The notes below the pieces were generated by a model. That model searched no databases, was not told the origin of the DNA, and saw only the letters and a list, made by a program, of their open reading frames with translations. From contig NMRA01000128.1 in assembly GCA_002633005.1 (NCBI GenBank), forward strand, positions 150,051 through 214,050: DNA of 64,000 bases, in the 5' to 3' direction. Both the position numbers and the translations under genes were made by a program. Of this stretch, positions 53,256 through 64,000 are shown in pieces (the stretch's first letter is position 1; the number at the start of each line of letters is the position of its first letter). Source of the DNA: Phoronis australis. Lineage: Eukaryota; Animalia; Phoronida.

Positions 53256-55984
53256 TTACTCGTTCAAAAGAGCAGCAACACCACCAGCGGCAGCGAGATG
53301 GCTTATGTAAGCGAGGAACACCTCATAAAGACTCCGTTCTGTGGATGTGTAGGAATTGCTCAATGTGAAGGACGAGGGATCTGTTTCTATTTAAGTTCAA
53401 ACCATCATTTCAATGGAACTGGAGTTGCTAGACACTGGACGTCTTGTTTCTGCTAGCTAGCTTATGTGTTAGTTTGTGTCAGTGCTGCCTCTGTACCAAC
53501 AGCATTTCCATGCTTGCATATTCTGTTTGGTATCGTGTGATTTTTTTTTACAATAAATGTATTTAAATGGTATTGACCGTACTTCCTTTCTTGTCTTTTC
53601 CCAATTGGGAATCATTTATCCTCATTCTCTTTCAAAACTGGAATTGTGAACAGGTTTGTTAAACTTGAATAAAATTCAAATATTGACATCAGTGGTGCAT
53701 GGTTTTAGTAACCAGCTTGTTGACTGGTCCTGACTGAACTGGTGGGGCGCAAGTTTAGCTGCCGTCATATCCTGGACTGTTGGTAGGGTGCAAAAGAGGG
53801 TTGAACTTGGTGAATGCTGTAATCAGTTGGGAGAAACACCAGGTAAAATTCTAATTTTGTTGCACGAAGGTGTGGGTTAGCACATACAGCCACTGTTTTT
53901 GCAGTATTCAAATCTGGGTTCCTATGTTTGTAATTGGGTGTAGTTGCTTTTTTGTAAATTATTTGATGAAACCCAAGGAGACAGTTTCTAAAAATATGCA
54001 TGTGAGAGATGACTTGCATCTTACAAATTGATAAGTTTCAGTAATTAATCTTCGCATAGTTGAAGTAATATTCTCGTCAAATTGGCGTCTCGGTGCAAGT
54101 CTTCCGTGGTAAATATAAATACTGCGGTTTTCACACGGGAACACAAGTAATGTGTGCAGCTATTGCATACACACCAGGCGTGCGTTCAGTAACGCTAGGA
54201 CCTGAACGGGAGGCAGATGGCGACAACTGCAACTTGCGTAAGGGCTGCTATTGCGACACCATGGTAAAAATAATTATTTTCACATGGGAACGCCACTAAT
54301 ATGTGTTGCTATTGCCTACACACCAGATGGCGACAACTGCAACTTGCTTAAGGGCTACTGGTGCGCCGCCCAACAACATTAATGAAAAAGTTTAATTTTT
54401 TAAGACAGTAAGCACTCACATGCACTTATACAAGAGACGCCCGCCTGTGCCTGCAAATTAAGTTTACGTGTATGCGACATATAAAACATGAGTAAGAAAT
54501 TGCAAAAATCATTTTGGATCCGTATGGGCCCGAAAGCGCTCGGGGAATACGACGCAGGAAGGTTAGCTTTAGTAAGCGCACTCTCACCCTTCTAGGTCAA
54601 AGCTCACTTTATCAGGGTTAATAAAGGGGTGTACTTTGAATGGGTGCGCTCGATTCCGGGGCTCCTGGTACGCTGCCTAAGAGGCTGTTTTAAATTCCAT
54701 GTTGAAAATTGGTGCAACCACGGGGATTTTTCAATTAAAACTATCAAAAAGCGTCGAAATGAATTAGTCAGCTTTCGTAGATTCACTGAAACATGTAAAT
54801 TCAAAATTTTTGCAGGTTACCAGAAGAAAATAACCCTTCACATGGCAACACACTGTAAAAGGTAAACGTGGAACACTGCGCACATTTTGAGGTAACTGAC
54901 GTTTGTTAATAGGCGAGATTTTTTTTCAACTCCGTAATTCACAGTATGAAAATTTTAAGCAATTCCCACAAGAGGTGCGCGCATGTGCTTTTACTTGATA
55001 GGTAACCACGGGAGACGGGGAGTTCCACAAGGGATTTGTGGGCCTTCTCCAAAGAAATGCCCAGTCTTAATTCGCGTTAACGTGAATTCTGGTTCAGTCC
55101 AGTATGAGTAGTCTGTCATTTTCAGAATGTATTCGAGTGAACGTGAATTCTGGTTCATTTCGGTGGTAGCCTGTCGAGGTTTATGAAATAAACTTGCATT
55201 TCAACAAATGAATCGTAGAAGTCTTTTTTGCGATTGCCCGTACACTGTACTTTAAACAACTTGATCTGTTAGCCTACTGTGCACAATCATCAACATCACG
55301 CCTCTGACAGTATGGTCGACATGGAGAGTTCCGTATGAAGAACTCCCTCTTCACCAATAATGCTTTTCTAATAATGATCTTCAAAAGAAAAAGAAATATT
55401 GTTTTTGTACTTGTAATTTTTGAGAAAAATATACATTTTGTTATAGTTTCAGAACCCGGCACCGAGAATATAATTCAGTGGTCTTCGAGTTTTTCTATTC
55501 TTTCAATCTGATCAATGCAATTATTTTTGTATTTGATGCAGTCTCACGATTTTACGATTGTTTAGGTCGCAAGCATTGATGCTGCTAGGCTGTATATGAA
55601 CACTATGCTGCCGATTTTATTGTTTCTTCATCCTTTTAAGAACTAGAAGAAAAACTATCAACATAGGAAAGAATGCTGCCAAATACTCTCATGAAAGGCT
55701 CATTTAAAAAAACTGGAAAAGAGTGACAGTTGATTTTATCATTGGATCACTCCTCCCCTCATTTCTCGACATAACGGGATGGTTTCATCACTGTAGCTGT
55801 GAGCTTGGTATTAAATGACATACATTTCAAAATAAAAAACGGAAAGAGAGAGCTGAGTCTCTGGAGAAATGCAGTGAATAAACTTTTCTTTTTGAATTTA
55901 AAAATATGAATTAATTTGCTCTAGGAAATATGGGCAAAACACGTTTTGTCGAAATTTTTCGAAGTTTCTGGTCCTCTTGCAATG

Positions 55985-56133
55985 CGTGTACACTTGTCTT
56001 TTCTTGTTTGTATCATGTATCTAAAGTGACTTATAAGCCCCGTGGAGGGCTGGGTGTTCCTAGTCTTTGTAACGTATTCATTGAACACATGTCACTATAA
56101 TAAAAAAATTACTTACTTACTTACTTACTTACT
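55985..56133 (+). mobile_element. Retroposon 3' end with an (ACTT)n tail
   Basis: Hairpin AGCCCCGTGGAGGGCT, then AATAAA, then TTACTTACTTACTTACTTACTTAC. Confidence 0.5.
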
Positions 56134-57694
56134 AAACATGTGACTAGCATGTTTTCAAGTGAAGGTACAGGTGAACGTACAGGACTATATGGCAAAATTT
56201 AAAAAAATGAAGGCCTTTAAAATTGTCCTGGCCAGGACCCCCCAGGACCCGGGCCCCTGCGTCCCCGCCGGGCCCGCCCTGCACCTCAGTAGCACTCAGA
56301 CCACAAAGGTTTCGTCCTATCACCTGCAAATTATTGGGGAACAGGCGCTGAGTCCCGATTTCATCCGCTTCCTACATCCCAGTTTAGGAGTTGCAGGTAC
56401 TGCCCCTATGTTCATGAATGAGGGAAGGGCGCTCGCTCCCAGTCCCCCCTCGATCTGCCTTAATTCACGTACGTCGCCGGGCTATAGTCACGTGGAGGCT
56501 AAATCACTATGACGGAAGACGTACGTGTTCATATAGTAGCTTTAAATATTTTAACTCCGCGATTTCCGATGCGGGGGTCAGGTGGGTAACTATATATGAC
56601 TCGGTGTACTATGACAAAAGTTGGTTCAATGTCTACCTAAACAGTTTTGTCGTGCTCCTCTATATCATTTGCACCGGCTTCGAGCAACCCATCCGTGAAC
56701 AGACCGTAGTTTGGCTAGTTGTCAGGGCGGGTCATTTTTTACAACGAGCATGGCCTCAAGCAATGGCGGGTATTGATTTAAATCTTAGCTGAATAGCGGG
56801 CCAACGATACTTGAATACAGGCCCGTAGGAAGGTAAAAATTATTGGGGGGGCACCGACCCTGGTCGATACGTAACTTCTAATTTCGAAACCACTGCGTTG
56901 CACTGGGGTGTATATATCAACGCTGTATTTTATTCAACTGTGCGTCACGTTTGGGAGATTTTTTATCAGTTTGGTAATTTCGTACGTGGTGTCTAAAGCA
57001 TCTGCCATCAGCTTGCATCGTTTGATACTATCTGACCAGGCAAGATTCAACGCNTAGCCTTGACCCCTTAGGCTGACTCAGCCGGCTCCGGCCAAGCTGG
57101 AGTTCTCAACGTTGGTGAAATCCTAAGGCAGCATGGAATTACCATCCTAGGATACCATTTGACGGTGTCTACTCACAAATTAAACGTCGAAACTGTTTTT
57201 GCTGGTAAACTTCCATACTCTGTTCCCTCGGCACTCATGTTCCACAGAGTTGGCGTCTGTTGGAAGGGTTGAGGGGTGCAAAGACTGGACTGAGGAAATG
57301 GGGGTTTTCACTGAATCTTCTTTTGAATAATAATAGTTGCCAACTTGTTATAGGCCTCTTGAAAACAGGTTTTGTGGTTAAAAAGGGCGACGACTCACAT
57401 CTTCTTGAAACTCGTTTAGACAGTCGAGTAACATATTTTATTGAACTCCCCGGGAGGTACACTAAAGGGAAAACCAAAGTCATCCATAGATAATTGATAA
57501 ACAAATAACAATTGATCGGGCAATTCTTGGGAAATGTTTCTTTTAAATTTCTTTTTGTAATTACATTCTGGGTTATATTGACTAGAATATTTAGCTCACC
57601 TACAGCGAGACGTTTGGTTTGATATATTACAAGACCAGGTTCTGCGACCTGCATCACCTCTGGGGCTCACGAAGTAAATTCTAAATGAGACGTG

Positions 57695-57748
57695 TGACGT
57701 CATAATATTGAAAAGAGTAGGAAGACGGAAAGACCGGAGAAATGGCGA
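57695..57748 (+). promoter_or_regulatory. MTA proximal promoter motifs (CRE TGACGTCA; YY1-like AAATGGCG)
   Basis: Motifs lie 130-190 bp upstream of the ATG. Motif match only. Confidence 0.35.
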
Positions 57749-57880
57749 TTTGGTGATCTGCCTTCGGACCCTCTTTGCGTCAATGAACTTTGTTGGGAAT
57801 TTTGAACCGTGTTTCGTTTTGAAATTTAGTTGTTTGTGAGCTGTTGAGTTTCTGGGATACTTAAAAGAAGATCTTTGATT

Positions 57881-60800
57881 ATGGCGGCGAACATGTATCG
57901 AGTTGGAGGTAAGAGTTTGTACAATGGATTTCGGCATGGTTGAGGGTTAATTTAGATCGCGCTGCCACACCGCGGCGGAATATTTTTTAAAACCAATTTG
58001 AGCCACATTTAAGAAACTTGACATACCAGCTCTGTGATTTCAAGCCAGATTTATTTTCGATTGTCATTTCAAGCTTGGGCTGTATGATTTTGACCAAGAC
58101 ACTGCTCCTGGTTTCTAAAATATTTGAATGGAATCCAAAGGATCTTCGGTGGATGTGATGCGGTTTGCCGGTGTCCTCACGGGGTGCCAAACTTAAAATA
58201 CGGATTGATTCAAATAATTGGAAATAACGTTTTAGAATAAGATGTCAGAACGTTCTTTACATTGCAAATGATAGAATGCTGGGCGTGTTTGAGTAATATT
58301 TTGTTTTTAATTATGATCATAGGACAAACAATTCTTGGAACTACTTTTGTAATACTAGAAACACACAATGCCAATGGTCAAAACTCTTTCATCTTTTTAC
58401 CAGATTATGTGTACTTTGAAACTTCGTCGTCGTCGCCATATCTCATAAGGAGAATTGAAGAACTGAATAAGGTATGTCTACATAGAAATACCAGTTGGTA
58501 ATTTTGTTTCGTCATTTTGGTATATTCATTTGCTTGTGAAACTTGTTCAACTTAAGGCCATTGTTGTCACTAAAGACACTAAAGATGCATAATTAAGTTG
58601 GCAGATTCTAAGTGATTTTTGAAATGTTTTTTCAGACCCCTAATGGAAATGTTGAAGCTAAAGTTATGTGTTTTTATCGTCGACGAGATGTTCCAAGTTC
58701 ACTGATGATGCTTGCCGATAAACACCATGGTAAGTAATAATATTTTGTTATAATTATTAATTGTGTATAAAATGTTTGTGGTGTCTTCTCCCAAAACTTT
58801 GTGAAGTTGTTAAATATGACCCTCTGATACAGAGTTAGCATGTATTGTTGTTATATCACAAATTTAACTACTCATTATGTTGATGGTGTCTTATGTTGAA
58901 TTAACTTGACCACATGGTTTGTTCGAAGCTTCTTCGTTTTATCCATATTGCAGGGCCTTTTATACCTGTTGCCAGGGTAAAACTGCTGTACATTTGTGGA
59001 TCAGAGTTTCAGTCTCACTAGTTTATTTCAACAATGAAGTATTATCAGTTATTTTTTCCAAGCCAAAGTGCTGGGAGTAGAAGTGGGTGTGCGCTATTCA
59101 TTACTTGGTTAAATGAAATTTCTCTAAGAAGCTTACTTGTTATTTGGTTGACTTCTCGTTGACATCATAAAAAGAACAATTTAAGTATGGTAAATCCCTT
59201 TCCAGCCGTTAAGTCTTTCGTACGAGTCCTGTGGTTTAAACTCCGTTTTTGTACCTATCATATACAGTTTGTAACTGAAGTAATTTCTCTTGAACTGAAG
59301 ATAGTTGTATTGTAAAATAAAAGAAGCCAACCTTTCAGTATCTCATATCTGTTCTTGAAATTGGCATACATTTTTGAGTAATGCACTCATAAACTATTTA
59401 TTTACCAACTTAATTGTTCTTATGAGAAAGTACTAGGTGTGCCAATTGCATGCTTCTGTAAATAATTTTAGCATCACTTATGAACATGTCCTTTAATGTT
59501 CTGTCATTACTTTAAAATTTAAATCACTTCAGTGTAGTGTGCCAAATTTTGAATATGAATTTATTGTGTTGCTCTTGATAGCCTGTTTGATTTCTGGATA
59601 CACGTTGAGATATTGTGTCTAATGTATTCTGTTGACCAGTATGTCTGGAAACTATTTTTCCTCGTGGCTGAATACATATGCATGAGGAGTTGTGATGTGA
59701 TTCACTACATGGGAACTATTTTCTGTGGAGTGTTACATTTGAGTGATATGTCACCAGACTACTTTTCTCTGGAGGGTAGGAATACAAGATAGAGAAAAGA
59801 TTGTTATGTGTCCAATACTACTTTTTCACATGTATTAACACGGGCAGTAATCAGGTCTTGTTGTTAGAGATCACATTCAGTTGAGATCAGAGTTATAGAT
59901 TAACTGTGTTATTTTAGTGCATAGAAAGAGAGTGTGTACTCATGGGATGTTTTACTCTGGAATTCTCTTTATGCAATTCTTTCCATTTACTTCTGCACCT
60001 TTGGGTAATGAATTTGATGACTTTGTGCATCAATAACAAGACTGAAATTCCATGTCTTATTTTACCATGAAACTCATTTTAAAACCTGCTTAATTAAAAT
60101 AACCATGCAATAGTAAAAAATGTTAGTGTTGTGATATGGTGTGGAGTTGTGTTAGTGACAAGGTTTGTATGGCTTGGACTACCTGCTAGTCTCTGGATAA
60201 GATTTGAGAAGTGGGCTCAAAATGTAGAAGTTGCCTTGTCGGTTAATCAGTATTTATCCTGAGACTGACATAAGGGGCATATGCAGGTGTGATTAGTATT
60301 GTTTGAAAGACAATTAAAGATTGTATTTGTTAAATAACCAGACATGTTCACGTAACTGTCAGGTATGACATGATGTAAACATTCTGTGCTTGTAGGAGGT
60401 TAGTTTTGTGTGATTGTTGGCACTTAATACAAGAACAAATCGATATGAATTCTGTGTCAAATTTAATGAAATGGGAATCATCCATATTCTAGTTACAGAG
60501 TGATGTAGTTTTGGTTGAAAGCATCCTGTGTGTTTTGAAAATACAGTTCTGGAGATATTATGTACATGGGCCTGAAAACTCTGGTCGCCATCTGAAGTTC
60601 CTTAGCCCTTAGTTAGGTTGCGCTATCTTTTTAAACAGTGTTAAATATAACATGCTTTTCAGTACCCATAAGTTCTGTTTTGCGTTGGCACTGCTGACAT
60701 AGTAGCTGTCAAATTTGAATAAAATTCAGTAATTTGTTTATTGAGCAGATATAGCCAGCTATTCAGCTAGTCCTTTAAAAGTGAAAATTCATAAACTACC

Positions 60801-63754
60801 AGGAAAATGTACTTTTTACGTGCTGAGAGAGCTTTTGCAACATTACATCCTGAGTTCATTCTAAGACCTGTCAAGGTCTCTGGATCTGTGACTGACCAAA
60901 GGCGGACGTGGTATATATGCCAATAATCTTTGATCTATAATATGTGATGTGGTGGGGAAATGTCGCGCACCCTTCACTCCAACACTGATGCTGTGGCGTC
61001 ATTCTGATAGAGAGGAGTGAGCCATATCAATTCCATATCAGTTCTTTTAAATTAGGACATAAGACAAGATAAATATTTTATCGTCCTCCCTTGCTCATAG
61101 AAAATATGCAATGCCGATTCTGCTGGCTTTAAAACTTTCTGTCGGCAATTCAAAAAAAGCATTTGTAGCATGGGAAGTATTTACAGAGAATACTGAAACC
61201 CCCACATAAAAAATTAAAATGTTTTAGTGATAATTAAGTTAATTACGCATTGCATATTTAGTTGACAATTGCGAGTGATTGTTAAAATAGTGAACATGGT
61301 TACGGCATGTTTAGGTTATATTGACCAAAAACAGGTTTTGACCGAAAATAAAGTGATAACCTTCAGTCTTCAGATTTTGAAGACTTGCGGCAGTTTCCGC
61401 TTTTACTCGGCTTCGGCAAATTGACTTACTTTGAACTTAGGAACACGAGTTATTGAAAACAGCTTGGTAAATTTCATACAAACAAGTTCATCGTTTAGAG
61501 GATCTGGATCGCCTCTTTTAGTTTAGGATTTATTTTCTACGTTATTCACAGAAACTTTCCAATTTTAATATTTATTCACCAATCTCAAAAAATGCTGTTA
61601 GTATTTTCCTGCGGCATTCAGGGCGATGTAATTGCCTACTTAAAAAAGGTCATCTTTGTGTTATCTGATCAGAGTGAGAGGTGATAGCTGGGTACATTAG
61701 GGCACAGTAGAGAAACAGTTGTATGCATGCATTTTTACAGGTAGGAACACCGTTTCACTGTCGCCACCAAGTGAATTTCTCATTGTTCACTGTAGGCCTG
61801 TCATCTAGGCTGCGGCCATGCAGAAACTAAAATATCACTAGTGAAGTCTAAGTGAGAGTATTATATGGTGCTGTCAACAGGGGGTCAAATGCAAAATTGC
61901 GGAGGACTGGGGGTGAGGATGAAGTCAGTGTTGACAAGAGAGAGCGCTTTTTTGTAGTGAACTTCAACGGTGCTTGGCTACACCAATGGGCATACTGGCT
62001 TCTTAAAAAAGGCTCACTTTGTTGACAGTCCAGAGTAATACCTGTGCTAATCAAGTGTGGGTCTAATTTGGCGGGTACTTACATTTTGCAACCTCAGATT
62101 ACTGGGGTTATCTCAGCTACAAACTCTCTTGCCAGACGCAACTTCAAATTTTAACTGGTCGATTTTCCACTGCTTGCTATGACAAACTAGGTGATACTTT
62201 TGTACGTTTTCCTCAGATTTAGGCACCAAAACTTAGCTTTTTACATTCTCTTTGTTAGGTTAGGTCACAAGGGTCAATGTGTGATCAAATAATGACATTA
62301 TATCATGCCCAATCAGAATCAGGAAATCTGATATTATTTAATCATAGCTTCATATCTTAAACAAGTACCCTTATTTGGAATATGTTAGACAAGTTCTTGA
62401 TCTCTGCAGTGAGCAAGAAATGTAATGAAATTCCATAGAGGCAGTATTCTAAAATAGTTATCTGACCACTTCCTATTTGGAAACCTTCTGGATAGATGAA
62501 TCTGTAGACTTGAGAATTTTTGTGGACTTCTAGAATTGTAAATGATATTTTAAATAATGGAAACATCTAAAGAGAATCCCCTTACAAATCATGTACCATG
62601 AAAATTTTCAGACAAAATTCAGTGCCCCAAATCCCAAAGGGACTACCATCTTACTTGAGGAGTTTTTGCCATTACCTATTGTAGGTCTGACACCAACTTT
62701 CTAGTGGTCTATTTGCTAAGGCAGTAGAAGACACTGAGGCTAATTTGTTGCCATCCCAAATTTCCGTTGTGTTTGTCTTCTAATTAGACCACTTTCTTGA
62801 ACATGTGCCAACTGGATCTTGACTCAATATTCAAATTGCATTGGATACAACATTGTTGTGCAGCCACAAAAATTTTGTGGTCACATATATAAGGTAGTCA
62901 GCTTCCTGTCAGCATGTCTGTTCATCACCTTTGCTTGTCCATTTGAATTTTTCAATTGTAACCTGCTCATTTATTATGTTGTTTTTGCAATGCACATTTG
63001 GTGTCACCACTTGTTTTTGCTCGGTGCTCTTTTGTTGTTTTGATTGAAACATTTCCACTGCCTTGCTGTTCCTTACCTCCCACCTGTACTTTATTGTCAA
63101 TTCCTTCAACTGTAATTCCAGGTCTTCCCAATTAAAGCACTTTTAAGTTCTTTCCAAAAAATCTTTGTGTCATAAAAACAATGTATTTTTATTTCTCAAG
63201 ACACCTTGTTCCGTAATGCTATAACTAGTATAATTATAAGGTGGATACAAGTGAACAAAGGGATTATATCACATTAATGTGAAATCTGATTTGCATGACG
63301 GTCTTAGTGTAACAACTAGGACAACCCCACCAGGGAAGTTTGTCCAAGTTCAGTGAAGATCCAACCGCTGTGTGCAACTGACCTATATGGGAATTTTACA
63401 GCACGGTCACAACAATGGCAACAGAACTTCTTAATGTTGTTTTAGCTGTGTGTTTATCAGCTACCAAGGTATTATGCTCAGTGAGGTTTCACATGGTAAT
63501 AGTAGTAAGACTTTACGATTTTTTTAATGAATGTGTATTGAAGTCTCACTTTGTGATATTTTGTTTCAGTCCAATTAGAGGAAGAGCGAGAAACCAACGA
63601 GGAACTGTCGGAGAATCAACAGCACCAATTAAAACATCGAGAGCTCTTCCTGTCACGCTCAGTTGAGACTTTACCTGCCACACATATCCGCGGCAAGTGC
63701 TCGGTAACGCTACTTAATGAGACAGAGTCCTTACTATCCTACCTGAATAAGGAG
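57881..63754 (+). CDS. MTA1: Metastasis-associated protein MTA1/2/3 orthologue (NuRD subunit), N-terminal BAH domain; partial, continues beyond the window
   Basis: Exons 57881-57908 (MAANMYRVG), 58404-58471 ([23 protein letters not shown]), 58636-58729 ([18 protein letters not shown]), 63570-63754 ([44 protein letters not shown]). All are GT-AG and in phase. Confidence 0.95.
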
Positions 63755-64000
63755 GTAAGTGTTGTTGCTAATAGACTCGTATGGTTTGTGAAATGAGCTT
63801 CAAGAATGGAGCGTACCAAAGTTAAGGAGATAATTTTTGTGCATGATTGATTTGAATTTTTATGTGTTCGGTATATTGGAGTCGCCCTTTACTAATTACA
63901 GTGCAAATCGGGAATGGCATGAAGAGATGCTTATATGTTGTCGCTTTCGCTGTTATGGTCAGTTTGAAAACTTAAATCCCTTACTTAAACTATCGTCATA

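Noticed and set aside
53600-57600. Short ORFs between CCT4 and MTA
   Set aside because: No recognisable motifs. The region holds repeat fragments and an N join.

Overview
Eukaryotic, intron-rich genomic DNA from an invertebrate animal (probably a marine lophotrochozoan; this is inference). The ORF track is mostly noise, so genes were rebuilt by hand from GT-AG splice sites and reading phase. Four protein-coding genes: (1) a 4-exon PhnZ-like HD-domain diiron oxygenase (+, 6135-13330, 196 aa); (2) DTL/CDT2 (-, 39418-15505, 13 coding exons, 695 aa); (3) CCT4 (+, 39819-53255, 14 exons, 535 aa), head-to-head with DTL across about 400 bp; (4) the first four exons of an MTA1/2/3 orthologue (+, from 57881, running off the window). 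Two non-coding systems lie in introns: four miR-92 hairpins in DTL intron 9 (sense to DTL), and three copies of an H/ACA snoRNA in CCT4 introns 4, 9 and 12 whose pockets match 18S rRNA (SNORA57/U99-like). One short promoter with an E2F site and a CRE could therefore drive both hosts and all seven small RNAs. The rest is a decayed Tc1/mariner, Helentron-type (HINE) elements, MITEs, LINE 3' ends, tandem repeats and single-N assembly joins.
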